A model generated the notes under the pieces. The model was not told where the DNA came from. It made no database searches and saw only the letters and a program-made list of their open reading frames with translations. Below, piece by piece: positions 12,749 to 23,455 of a stretch of 54,627 nt of DNA (position 1 is the stretch's first letter; every line of letters begins with the position of its first letter). Source of the DNA: Octopus bimaculoides (lineage: Eukaryota); the NCBI RefSeq assembly GCF_001194135.2, contig NC_068997.1, positions 27,295,452-27,350,078 of the forward strand. Reading direction: 5' to 3'. The translations under genes were made by a program, and so were the position numbers.

Positions 12749-12901
12749 CGGCATTGTTGCATGCAGCTTTCTTATGTGCTTTCTCCCAGTAGCTGCAGTA
12801 GTCGTATTCTTCACAGAATGCACCTGTATAACCCGGACGACAAATACAGGTATTCGATTTGATGTCACAGGTACCTCCGTTCTTGCAGGCACAAAAATAT
12901 T
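12749..12901 (-). CDS. Gene 1 exon: EGF-like domain 2 and start of a third EGF-like repeat (5' boundary uncertain)
   Basis: (E)YFCACKNGGTCDIKSNTCICRPGYTGAFCEEYDYCSYWEKAHKKAACNNA; donor G|gtaagt (phase 1); the only nearby acceptor is ctccag| at 12902-12903. Confidence 0.85.
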
Positions 12902-13385
12902 CTGGAGTTTTTGTGACGTTTGTAGTGGTGGTGGTGGTGGCGGTAGTGATGGTGGTTTTGGTAGTTTTGGTGGTGTTGGTAGTGGTGGCGGTGGTAGTAG
13001 TGGAAGTGGTGGTGATGTCGGTGTTAGTGGTGATGGTGGGAATGGCAGTTGTGGTGGAATAAATTGTCGTGTTGGTGGTGATAGTAGGGGTAGTGTGGTT
13101 AAAAGGTATTATAGTTGGAGATGGTTGTGGACATGGTGTTAGTGGTTATGGCAGTAAAATAGGTTGTGTCATTGTTGTTGTCGGTGGTGGTGGTGGTAGA
13201 ATTAATTATGGTAGTGGTGAGGGGTAAGACGGCGTGGTATTGGTGAAAAAGAAGAGAAATAAATGAATTTTTAAAACATGCCACAGAAAAGAACAAAATT
13301 TTCACGAAAATATTCGAAAGAAAAGACAAAACGCCTTTAATTAAGTAAACGGAATTAAATACAAGTATTTAATATATATATATCC

Positions 13386-13416
<31 letters not shown>

Positions 13417-13705
13417 CACACACACACATGTCAGTCTTATTTCTGTAGAGGATGTACGTCACGGGGTTTCTGCCTTGGATAAATTGCAAACTTAATGTTG
13501 AGATTGCTTTGATAATTCTGGTGGAATATTCTTCATACTGTCCAAAAGATGTAGGCCTCACATACATACATACATACACACATGCATACATATATACATA
13601 CATACNNNNNNNNNNNNNNNNNNNNNNNNNNNNNNNNNNNNNNNNNNNNNNNNNNNNNNNNNNNNNNNNNNNNNNNNNNNNNNNNNNNNNNNNNNNNNNN
13701 NNNNN

Positions 13706-14310
13706 AATTGGATAAAAGCCAAGATAGACAAAAACTAAGTAGATTCCCAATGTAGACTATGCAAATCAAAAGAAGAAAGCGTTACTCATATGTAAATGAA
13801 TGTAGCATGCTGGCACAGAATGAATGCAAGACATGACAACCTAGGGAGAGTAATCCCCTGGGAGTTATGTAGAAAGCTAGGATTTGATCCTACTGATAAA
13901 TGGTACGAACATGACCATAGTAAAGTACTAGAAAGTAAGAAACATAAGATGTTGTGGAACTTTAGCATTCAGAATAATAGAGTAATAGAAAGTAGAAGGC
14001 CTGATTTAGTAGTAGTAGTAGATAAAGAGAATAGAAAGTGCCAGATAATTGACTTTACAGTCCCAGAAGATGAAAAAATCAATATGAGAGGTACAGAAAA
14101 AATAGCAAAGGGCCAGGACCTAGCCATTGAATTATAGAGACTATGGAAAGTGTGGGTAAAACCTATCTTAGTTGTTATAGGTGCCTTGGGAACTATCTAA
14201 AGATTTGAACAGATGGATAGAAGAAATAGGCATAAAACACAGTTTAGTACAGCTCCAAACAGTTATTAGGGACAGCTAGGATACTTAGGAGGGTTCTTGG
14301 CATCTAATGT
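13706..14310 (+). mobile_element. Dong/R4-type retrotransposon zinc knuckle and RLE endonuclease fragment
   Basis: CRLCKSKEES.TH motif then ARHDNLGRVIPWELCRK..KWYEH..RRPDLVVVVDKENRKCQIIDFTVP..EKI..QDLAIEL (PD-D-K RLE motif). Confidence 0.88.
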
Positions 14311-14319
14311 TACTTGTTG

Positions 14320-15345
14320 GCCCCTGCAACAGACTTATATTCCATTACAATTGAGCCGACCATCCCCACTTTGGAGTCGTCCGACACCATGACGGTAACG
14401 TCGTCTGCGTACACCGACACTGCTCCCCAGAGTCCAATTTCGAAAAGGAGGCCTTGTAACTGTTCCAATTTCCGCAGCAGTGGCTCGAGAGCCAACATAT
14501 GCAGAGGAGGTGACAGCGGCCAGCTCTGACTGAGGGACCGAATGTGCGATACGACACAGTTTTGATAGATGACCATTTACTCTGACCACTGAGCAGGTAC
14601 CACAGCGCATTGCAACAATTCAGCCTCTGAAAACGAGTCCGACCCTATCGAAACCTTTTGACTGGTCTAAATTGATCCGGGCCCCACCGGAGCCAGCTTT
14701 AGCCCTAGCCATCTCTACGATGTATCGCATAAAGTGGAAGTTGTCGAGGATAGACCTGCTTGGGATTGTGCATCCCAGACCAGACTACTAACGACAAGTG
14801 ACAGCCTTTTCGCTAACACCTTGGCCAAAATCTTAAACTCTGTGTTTAGTAGAGTTATGGGCCGAAAAGTTCCATACCTATACCTGACCAGTTTTGCTTA
14901 TGTATTTTCTTGACCTCCAATACTGTCACTTCGTTTTCTTCTCGACCTTCTAAGACGGCCGCCGCTAACCAGGTAATGGATATTTCTGGCGGCACATTCA
15001 ACACCTTGATCTTGGCAAGGCGTTGGTCGCGGTAGCTGGGGGATTAACATTTTCATTCCTCAAAGTGGTCGAGGAATGACATCTGGCTTCTTCTTCATTC
15101 CCAAATCTCACCTCAGTAATTCTAAATTTCTTTCCTCGCGCCCGAGGCATTTTTGTATTTCGCTCTCAGGAACATTTTCCATTCGGCGTGACTTAACTCC
15201 GATGCAGCGGTATGTGACCATTCATCTTAAGATATTCTTTATCACGTCGGATGGAGGGTTTAGAGCTAGCCTTCTTCCATTCCTTTTTACAATTTCCCTG
15301 GCCATTTTTAGATCGTCTTCATCTATGCGGAAATCTGACAAATAA
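14320..15345 (-). mobile_element. L1/Tx1-clade LINE reverse-transcriptase fragment
   Basis: PLSP...LALEPLLRKL..SVYADDVTVMVSD; upstream DQSKGFDRV and PITLLNTEFKILAKVL motifs; frameshifted. Confidence 0.85.
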
Positions 15346-15354
15346 TAATAACAG

Positions 15355-15570
15355 CCCTTTCTACTATAGGCACAAGGCCTGAAATTTGGTGGGAGGGGAC
15401 TTGTAGATTACATCGACCCCAGTGTTTCATTGGTACTTAATTTATCGACTCCGAAAAAATGAAAGGTAAAGTTGACCTCGGCAGAATTTGAACTCAGAAC
15501 GTAAAGACGGACGAAATGCTGCTAAGCATTTTACCCGGCGTGCTAACGATTTTTCCAGCTCGTCGCCTTA
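15355..15570 (-). mobile_element. SINE family A, full length
   Basis: Reverse complement of the AAGGCGGCGAGCTGGCAGAA..GTTAGCACGCC head with a B-box-like GAGTTCAAATTC; ends at (TAA)n. Confidence 0.85.
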
Positions 15571-15774
15571 ATAATAATAATAATAACAATCCTTTCTACT
15601 ATAGGCAAAACTGAGTGTCCGCCAGATCTCTCTATTTGTTGGTGGGGCTGGAGTGTGTAATGTCATATAACGAAAACAATTTCAACAACTACAAATGTGG
15701 TGCATCAGTATGGCCAGTACCCAAAGGTTAAAAGTAGCAAAATAATGAAATGAAAACTATTTATAATTGCATAC

Positions 15775-15896
15775 CTTTCCCCTATTTGTATAGCATAAAC
15801 CACTTTGGAGTTTCGCTCCATAACAGTCATTCTTTTGACATGCGCAAGATTCCGGTTGGTAGTCGGTAGGGCACTTCTGATTGGTAGTAGTTTGTA
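15775..15896 (-). CDS. Gene 1 exon 7: Cys-rich resistin-like module
   Basis: ttaactcttcaccag| acceptor; (V)QTTTNQKCPTDYQPESCACQKNDCYGAKLQSGLCYTNRGK; donor AAG|gtatgc; phase 1-0; open in the frame required by exon 6. Confidence 0.82.
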
Positions 15897-16608
15897 CTGG
15901 TGAAGAGTTAAAAAATTAGAATAGAAATATAAAAATATATAAATCTCACAAGAATTGACTCGGCAGTTTTGTCATGAAGTAAAGAATTACATAAAACGAT
16001 AATTATTTCTGATCTAAATACAAAAGCTAGTAAATTTAAGGGAAGGGTGATTATGTAATTTGAATGAACCCAGTACTTAACTGGCACTTTATATTGTCAA
16101 GCCCGAAAGAATTAAAGACAAAATTTGATTTTTTTTCTGCTTTAGGTGAAGAAATAGACACAAGTACTAATTTAAAAAAATTTTAAAGCATGGTACTTAT
16201 TCTATCGGTCTTTTATGCCGAACTGCCAAGTTATCATCAACAGTTGTCAAACGCGGCGGTTGAGGAAACGCAAAGGCGCGCGCGCGCACACACACGCACT
16301 AATATATATATACGTTGGCTTCCATGTAGCAAATTCACTCACAAGGCATTGGTCGGCTCAGTGCTATAATAGAAAATACTTGCCCATGGTTCTGTGAAGT
16401 GAGATTGAACCTAAAACTAAGTCTTTGCAAAGTGGGTTTCTTGACCATACAGCCATGCCTGCACCTGACCGTGCCTGGGTCTATCTATAATAGTCTTTAG
16501 CCAACACTATATGTTCCGACACAGAATATGTTATCGGATAGAAACAGAAGGGCTGTAAGTGCTCCACCTAAGATAATTAACCCAGTCATTATTCCATATT
16601 TCACTAAC

Positions 16609-16712
16609 CTGTTCTCGTTTGACATCGTGATCCTGAAAATCCAGTGGGACATTTGCAAAAGAATCCGTCGCTTGTCGTTGCAACGCATGTTCCGAAAGGA
16701 GCACAGATATTT
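16609..16712 (-). CDS. Gene 1 exon 6: EGF-like domain 1
   Basis: ttttttag| acceptor; (Q)NICAPFGTCVATTSDGFFCKCPTGFSGSRCQTRT completes a 6-Cys EGF with exon 5; donor G|gttagt; phase 2-1. Confidence 0.9.
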
Positions 16713-18174
16713 CTAAAAAAAAAGAGAAGAAAAAACAAATAAGTTAAATGAGATAAATTTTTATATGTTATTTGTAGTCGGGTTGGAATAATGGTAAAAC
16801 CATTGCTATCGGAAGGTAGGGGCATTTTGAGTCGTTGTCCGGTGTAGGGATCATGGAAATAGGGATCTAATGCTATTTTATAATTGTTGTGACTTGCTGT
16901 TAAAAAATACTATAAGGTTCGGTGCCATTGCAACAACGAACAGCGAAAGCTTCGTTTAATTTTCTTTTTTGTTTTAAAACTGAGTTGAAGTAGTCCCTGG
17001 TAGCATTGTGAAATCGAAAGTAGGTGGCAAATATCTATGAGGGACACCAAATATTTAGAGAGTTCGGGAAATTTCTTCGGTACATTATATTTTAAACGCA
17101 TTATAAAGTCTTTGCCAGGGTTAAAATATGTTTATCAGTGAGCAGAAAAATATTTGATGAACAAAATCGACTAAGATTTCCTTATATAAGTTCACGTTTT
17201 CTATAATTGTTTCCATAAGCGTTATTACATGTGATGGGTGGAGGTGGTTAAATAAGTCCGTGCAAGTATCTGAAAAATAGGTACAAGTACATTGGTATAG
17301 TATAAGGTAATAAGCGTAATAAGCTATGGCACAAAATTAACTCTTTTATTACCATATTCACGCCGAAGTACACTGAATTTGTTTAAATTAATTTTGAAAA
17401 TAACGAAGGGTTTAATAAAAAAGATCTTTACCATTATTAAGCTGATGTTGGGAACGTAAACTAATATGAAGATATAATGGAAGGTTGAATTTAGCTTACT
17501 TTAAAACAGAGATTTAATATCATAGAATCAGTCGACTTTCATAAAACATCTGATAGAAATGAACAACAACAACAATAACAACTGATCAACAGCAACAACA
17601 GAAGCAACAACACCATCATATACAACAGCAACATCAATAGTAGTAGCTGCAGTGGCAGCAGCAGTAACGGCAACAATAATCGCAACACAATCCGTATAAA
17701 TAATAACAGCAGCAGCAAAAACAACAGCAGGAACAGTAACAACGCCATTTACTACCATAGCAACAGCAACAACAACAATAACAACAACAGTAACAGAAAT
17801 AGCAACAACCACTATATTAGCAACAAGAACAACATGAAGTAGGACAGAAAAATTTCTGCTTCATCAGTGAGAAAGACTACAGAAACTTTAATAACAATGT
17901 CATATTTGGCCTTATATTCTTTTTCTCCGAAGAAAGACTTACGTCTGAAACATCTCACTGCAGTTGAGTTAGCAATTAGAATAATATTAACTAGAGCATG
18001 AAATTTTGTGCTTTTTCAGAGAGAAAGAATATAGAGACTTTAAATACACTAACAAAAAAGCAGCGTCACCACTGCTAAGAGCAACAACAACAAAAACAGC
18101 AACAACAACCACCACACTAGAAACAAGAACATGAACCAGAACAACAACAACAACAACAACAATAACATAGTTAC

Positions 18175-18298
18175 TGTTTGCATGGGTGAGTGGGATTTAG
18201 TTGCAGAAACAAGAGATCCTTTTCTTGTCCGTCAGTCATGACGGGGTAGCATTTCGCTGGGTATCCACCACACCTGCCCACTCGGTAGTGAGATTGTC
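18175..18298 (-). CDS. Gene 1 exon 5: end of GON domain and first Cys of EGF1
   Basis: tttcctttccag| acceptor; (G)QSHYRVGRCGGYPAKCYPVMTDGQEKDLLFLQLNPTHPCK, like GON end G.CGGY..KC; donor CA|gtaact; phase 1-2; joins exon 4 and exon 6 in frame. Confidence 0.88.
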
Positions 18299-18344
18299 CT
18301 GGAAAGGAAAGCAAATGCATCAATAATTAGATATGTACATGTAC

Positions 18345-18346
18345 AT

Positions 18347-18444
<98 letters not shown>

Positions 18445-18683
18445 ATGCACACACACACGCATTTTACAAACACATGTACACACATAGATACACAATTACA
18501 AACACAAACAGAAACTCAAGCACACACACACAAAGTCACATGCATATACACATAAACATATACACACACGAACAAATATATACGCACAAACACAAACACA
18601 TACACACATACAAAACACATACATTCCGCCTTGCACAAGCCCTTCCTCTCACACACATACACACCTCATAAACACACGCACAT

Positions 18684-18759
<76 letters not shown>

Positions 18760-18870
18760 GCGCACACACAAACTCATCCATACACAAACACAAATACATA
18801 CACAAACACCTTCCATCCAAACACTCTACCTCCAACATAGAACACTTTCACACACACATACGCACACACC
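18345..18870. repeat. Long (CA)n tracts
   Basis: Two near-perfect CA runs and degenerate CA-rich filler. Confidence 0.95.
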
Positions 18871-19439
18871 TATACACAAATACCTTGACAGGCGGCTGGT
18901 ATGTATTATCTTACGTGGACAGCAAAGTTGTGATGTCGCTTTGGTGTACGGTCTCCTTCAGATTCGGCGTTCGAATCCCGCAAACAATATTACAAATTTT
19001 ATTTATACTCTTCTTTATTTGATACAAATGATACTATACCTGGACACTGTAATAGCGGAGAAAGTTACTGACAGGTATGTATAATCTTAGCTACTTAGTT
19101 AAGGGTTCTAATTTGAAAAGTCAAATCTGTCATGCTACTTTAGTGTAGTACGGTTTAAAGAAGATGCGATGTTTGAATCCAAGAGACGATGCTACATTTT
19201 CACTCGCTTTCTACTGTAGTTGATGTATATATATGTAAGTATGAATGTGTGTATATGTATACATAAAATGGCTTGAACAATATCAGATAGAACCCAATAA
19301 GTTGTCTTTTTTTTATTGTTTCGAACTGATGCAATTATATATGATTCGCAAATATATTTATCCTTTATCTTTTATTTGTTTCGGTCATTGAACTGCAGCC
19401 ACCCTAGGATACCACCCATGAGGATTTTATTCAAACAAA

Positions 19440-19930
19440 TCAACCCCAAAAGCATAACAGTCACAATTGAGGCCAATGAAAGAAATTTGGGTAATTTAAG
19501 AATTAAGGAAGCTTTACTCATACACAGACTAGGACCCCAAATTAACAACAGGATGGAAGTTGGTAATCAATATATTATTTAGCTACATCTGGATGTATGT
19601 AGGTTCATTCTTAATAGCATGCTCATGTATTGTTTTAACAAAAGAAAAGAAGAAGGGCAAAAAAAGAAAAAAAAAAAGAAGCTGCACGTATAACACATAA
19701 CTTAGAAGCAGCGCCACAGATGTACCAACACACACGAGATTGAAACAGCAGACCTCACACACTTCTCATGAGGAATTCCGGAAGAAGCTTCGTGAGACCA
19801 CTACTGAGACGCTTCCGAAAAAAAGACCGTTGGAAAACAGTTTATAGCAGAAACTCCAGAAGATCTGAAGAAGGAATTGTAATTCCGAAATATCATCGGA
19901 CTATAGATAACTAAATTACAACAGGTATAT
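19440..19930 (+). mobile_element. Penelope-like element 3' end (GIY-YIG C-terminus and pLTR)
   Basis: ANERNLGNLRIKEALLIHRLGPQINNRME followed by a non-coding tail containing a hammerhead core. Confidence 0.7.
19853..19902 (+). ncRNA. Minimal type I hammerhead ribozyme motif (Penelope type)
   Basis: CUGAAGA (19865-71), A, stem II GGAAU-UGUA-AUUCC, GAAA (19887-90), palindromic AUAU stem III, NUH = AUC; short stem I GAU/AUC. Confidence 0.6.
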
Positions 19931-20174
19931 AGTCCATTTTTTTTGTTTTATAGTGCATTGTTGTACCATTCTAAACTTTTTATTCTTTACAACCCCACTA
20001 TGTACTTTTGAAGTTTAGTAAATACTCTATCGGTCTCTTAAGCCGTACCACTAAATTACGCGACATAAACAAACCAACATCGGTTGTCAAGTGGTAGACA
20101 CTTCCACAAAGACAACCACAAACACACCCACGCATTTACACGTGCGCACGCACGTACTCATATATATATATGCA

Positions 20175-20330
20175 ATGGGCTTCTACACAGTTATCCCCAT
20201 CCAAGTTCACTCATAAGGTATTGGTCGGACCGGGGCTATTGTAGAAGACACTTGCCCAAGGTACAACGCCGTGGGACTGAGGCCGAAACTATGTGGTGGC
20301 AAAGACAACTTCTTAACTAAACATAGCCAC
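20175..20330 (-). mobile_element. SINE-like family C (related copies at about 9500, 16315, 29160, 30905, 53220)
   Basis: Shared ATTCACTCACAAGGC.TTGGTCGGC.CG.GGCTATAGTAGAAGACACTTGCCCAAGGT core. Confidence 0.75.
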
Positions 20331-20452
20331 GCCAACATCCTTCTTAAAAATTTGAAACAGACATCCCCTTAAAAACCAACATAAAAAACACAAATCACGA
20401 AACAGAGAAATTATACACGCGATTAATATTTAAAGCCTTTGCTATAACATAC

Positions 20453-20582
20453 CTGCAGTGTAAACAGAGAGAGCTAAGGAACCACCACATTTTCGATAGC
20501 GTTGACCACTACAGCGCATGGTACAGCCTCTGGACACACCCAGTTTGTTGTAGCTATTTCCACAGTAACAGTATCTTCCAGA
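20453..20582 (-). CDS. Orphan exon: C-terminal half of a WSC domain, inside GON intron 4
   Basis: cttcctttgcag| acceptor; SGRYCYCGNSYNKLGVSRGCTMRCSGQRYRKCGGSLALSVYTA, a typical WSC C.CG...C...C.G.....CGG...VY pattern; donor G|gtatgt; phase 0-1; no stops. Membership of the gene 1 mRNA is not established. Confidence 0.8.
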
Positions 20583-20836
20583 CTGCAAAGGAAGACGATA
20601 ATAGTGCAAAATTAATCAAAGGACATACTAAGTCTATGTCTACCTGCTGGAAATAACAGTCAAAATTCTTATTTAAATCGCCAAATACACGGATAATAAC
20701 GAGAGAAATCAACCGTCTGAACGCAAACGAATCAGTTGCAGTGCAGACTTCAACACGATGGGTTGGGGCTCTCTATCATGGTAACGCGTGCTGAGGAATG
20801 TAGTGTTGAGCACTCAGTCTCACTGATCGATATTAG

Positions 20837-20898
<62 letters not shown>

Positions 20899-21557
20899 NN
20901 NNNNNNNNNNNNNNNNNNNNNNNNNNNNNNNNNNNNNNNNNNNNNNNNNNNNNNNNNNNNNNNNNNNNNNNNNNNNNNNNNNNNNNNNNNNNNNNNNNNN
21001 NNNNNNNNNNNNNNNNNNNNNNNNNNNNNNNNNNNNNNNNNNNNNNNNNNNNNNNNNNNNNNNNNNNNNNNNNNNNNNNNNNNNNNNNNNNNNNNNNNNN
21101 NNNNNNNNNNNNNNNNNNNNNNNNNNNNNNNNNNNNNNNNNNNNNNNNNNNNNNNNNNNNNNNNNNNNNNNNNNNNNNNNNNNNNNNNNNNNNNNNNNNN
21201 NNNNNNNNNNNNNNNNNNNNNNNNNNNNNNNNNNNNNNNNNNNNNNNNNNNNNNNNNNNNNNNNNNNNNNNNNNNNNNNNNNNNNNNNNNNNNNNNNNNN
21301 NNNNNNNNNNNNNNNNNNNNNNNNNNNNNNNNNNNNNNNNNNNNNNNNNNNNNNNNNNNNNNNNNNNNNNNNNNNNNNNNNNNNNNNNNNNNNNNNNNNN
21401 NNNNNNNNNNNNNNNNNNNNNNNNNNNNNNNNNNNNNNNNNNNNNNNNNNNNNNNNNNNNNNNNNNNNNNNNNNNNNNNNNNNNNNNNNNNNNNNNNNNN
21501 NNNNNNNNNNNNNNNNNNNNNNNNNNNNNNNNNNNNNNNNNNNNNNNNNNNNNNNNN

Positions 21558-21663
21558 GCTCGCCGCCTTGGAGGAAGATTCTGCCAGCTCGCCGCCTTGG
21601 AGGAAGATTCTGCCAGCTCGCCGCCTTGGAGGAAGATTCTGCCAGCTCACCGCCTTGGAGGAA
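21558..21663. repeat. 29-bp minisatellite, 3.6 visible copies running into a gap
   Basis: Unit GCTCGCCGCCTTGGAGGAAGATTCTGCCA. Confidence 0.95.
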
Positions 21664-22132
21664 ATAATCAAAAGAGTAAACAAAGATTTCCCCCATCCAA
21701 AACAGTTTTTCTAACATAGATTACTTGTATATGGTAGCTTCCCCACCTTCACTGATAATTGCCTTATTCCTGTGCTGCCTCGTTGTCAATAACGTTTCTG
21801 ATTTCCCGTCCATGACCGCACACATGACTATCTTCCCTGCGGGCAATCTGGGCATGACTTTAAACTATATCTTGTAGTGGGGCTTTGGTTCAGGAGTTTC
21901 AGACATTTGAGGTGTGTGGAAATACCTCTTAGCCTCTTTTGTTCCCAGGTTAACTCTGACTCGAAGTAGTAGCACCTGTCACGGTTTCAGTTACGGATTT
22001 ACAAGCAGATGTGATGACAGTCCCTCTGAGTGCGGGAGAAGCAGAAATATTTCTGTGTACATACGTATACGCACACAGATATACATGTATACATACATTA
22101 ATACGACAGATATGCATACATACATGCATACG

Positions 22133-22164
<32 letters not shown>

Positions 22165-23192
22165 CATATATGTGTGTGTGTGTGTGTATGTGTGTATATA
22201 TATGTATGTATATATATATATANNNNNNNNNNNNNNNNNNNNNNNNNNNNNNNNNNNNNNNNNNNNNNNNNNNNNNNNNNNNNNNNNNNNNNNNNNNNNN
22301 NNNNNNNNNNNNNNNNNNNNNNNNNNNNNNNNNNNNNNNNNNNNNNNNNNNNNNNNNNNNNNNNNNNNNNNNNNNNNNNNNNNNNNNNNNNNNNNNNNNN
22401 NNNNNNNNNNNNNNNNNNNNNNNNNNNNNNNNNNNNNNNNNNNNNNNNNNNNNNNNNNNNNNNNNNNNNNNNNNNNNNNNNNNNNNNNNNNNNNNNNNNN
22501 NNNNNNNNNNNNNNNNNNNNNNNNNNNNNNNNNNNNNNNNNNNNNNNNNNNNNNNNNNNNNNNNNNNNNNNNNNNNNNNNNNNNNNNNNNNNNNNNNNNN
22601 NNNNNNNNNNNNNNNNNNNNNNNNNNNNNNNNNNNNNNNNNNNNNNNNNNNNNNNNNNNNNNNNNNNNNNNNNNNNNNNNNNNNNNNNNNNNNNNNNNNN
22701 NNNNNNNNNNNNNNNNNNNNNNNNNNNNNNNNNNNNNNNNNNNNNNNNNNNNNNNNNNNNNNNNNNNNNNNNNNNNNNNNNNNNNNNNNNNNNNNNNNNN
22801 NNNNNNNNNNNNNNNNNNNNNNNNNNNNNNNNNNNNNNNNNNNNNNNNNNNNNNNNNNNNNNNNNNNNNNNNNNNNNNNNNNNNNNNNNNNNNNNNNNNN
22901 NNNNNNNNNNNNNNNNNNNNNNNNNNNNNNNNNNNNNNNNNNNNNNNNNNNNNNNNNNNNNNNNNNNNNNNNNNNNNNNNNNNNNNNNNNNNNNNNNNNN
23001 NNNNNNNNNNNNNNNNNNNNNNNNNNNNNNNNNNNNNNNNNNNNNNNNNNNNNNNNNNNNNNNNNNNNNNNNNNNNNNNNNNNNNNNNNNNNNNNNNNNN
23101 NNNNNNNNNNNNNNNNNNNNNNNNNNNNNNNNNNNNNNNNNNNNNNNNNNNNNNNNNNNNNNNNNNNNNNNNNNNNNNNNNNNNNNNNNNNN

Positions 23193-23243
<51 letters not shown>

Positions 23244-23455
23244 TTCTGTGTGTTGTATGTTGCATGTGCGCTTGTGTGTATGGGCGCAGTTGCAATGACG
23301 AGGCTAATGATACTGAGACATGCCATTTTCGACAGCCTCAGGTCAACCGATAAATTGTGAGTGTAATTGGGTTCATAGGAATTACATAGAGGCATGGTAA
23401 CACTAGTATATAAACATGTCTTGCAACTCTTGCAGCCGCTTAGACTTGTACTTAC

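Noticed and set aside
16497-16608. Transmembrane-like segment LVKYGIMTGLIILGGALTALLFL after the EGF1 exon
   Set aside because: It is in a different frame from the EGF, the EGF frame stops at once, and there is no acceptor to enter it; most likely chance hydrophobicity in AT-rich intron.
17560-17830. Gln/Asn/Thr/Ala-rich stretches (also 43130-44000) resembling low-complexity protein
   Set aside because: Degenerate CAA/CAG/GGT microsatellites without flanking splice sites or in-frame domains, unlike the 12902-13100 case.
19040-19046. 7-nt AG|TGTCCAG|GT microexon candidate
   Set aside because: Its phase does not fit between the WSC exon and exon 5; such short matches are common by chance.
21558-21663. 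CRISPR-like 29-bp repeats
   Set aside because: Repeats are contiguous with no spacers, the context is eukaryotic, and the unit derives from a SINE.
21930-21995. C-type-lectin-like words RCYYFESELTWEQ on the minus strand
   Set aside because: Two in-frame stops just upstream, no usable acceptor and no further CTL motif; also no WSC first-half motif in any frame of 21700-22060.
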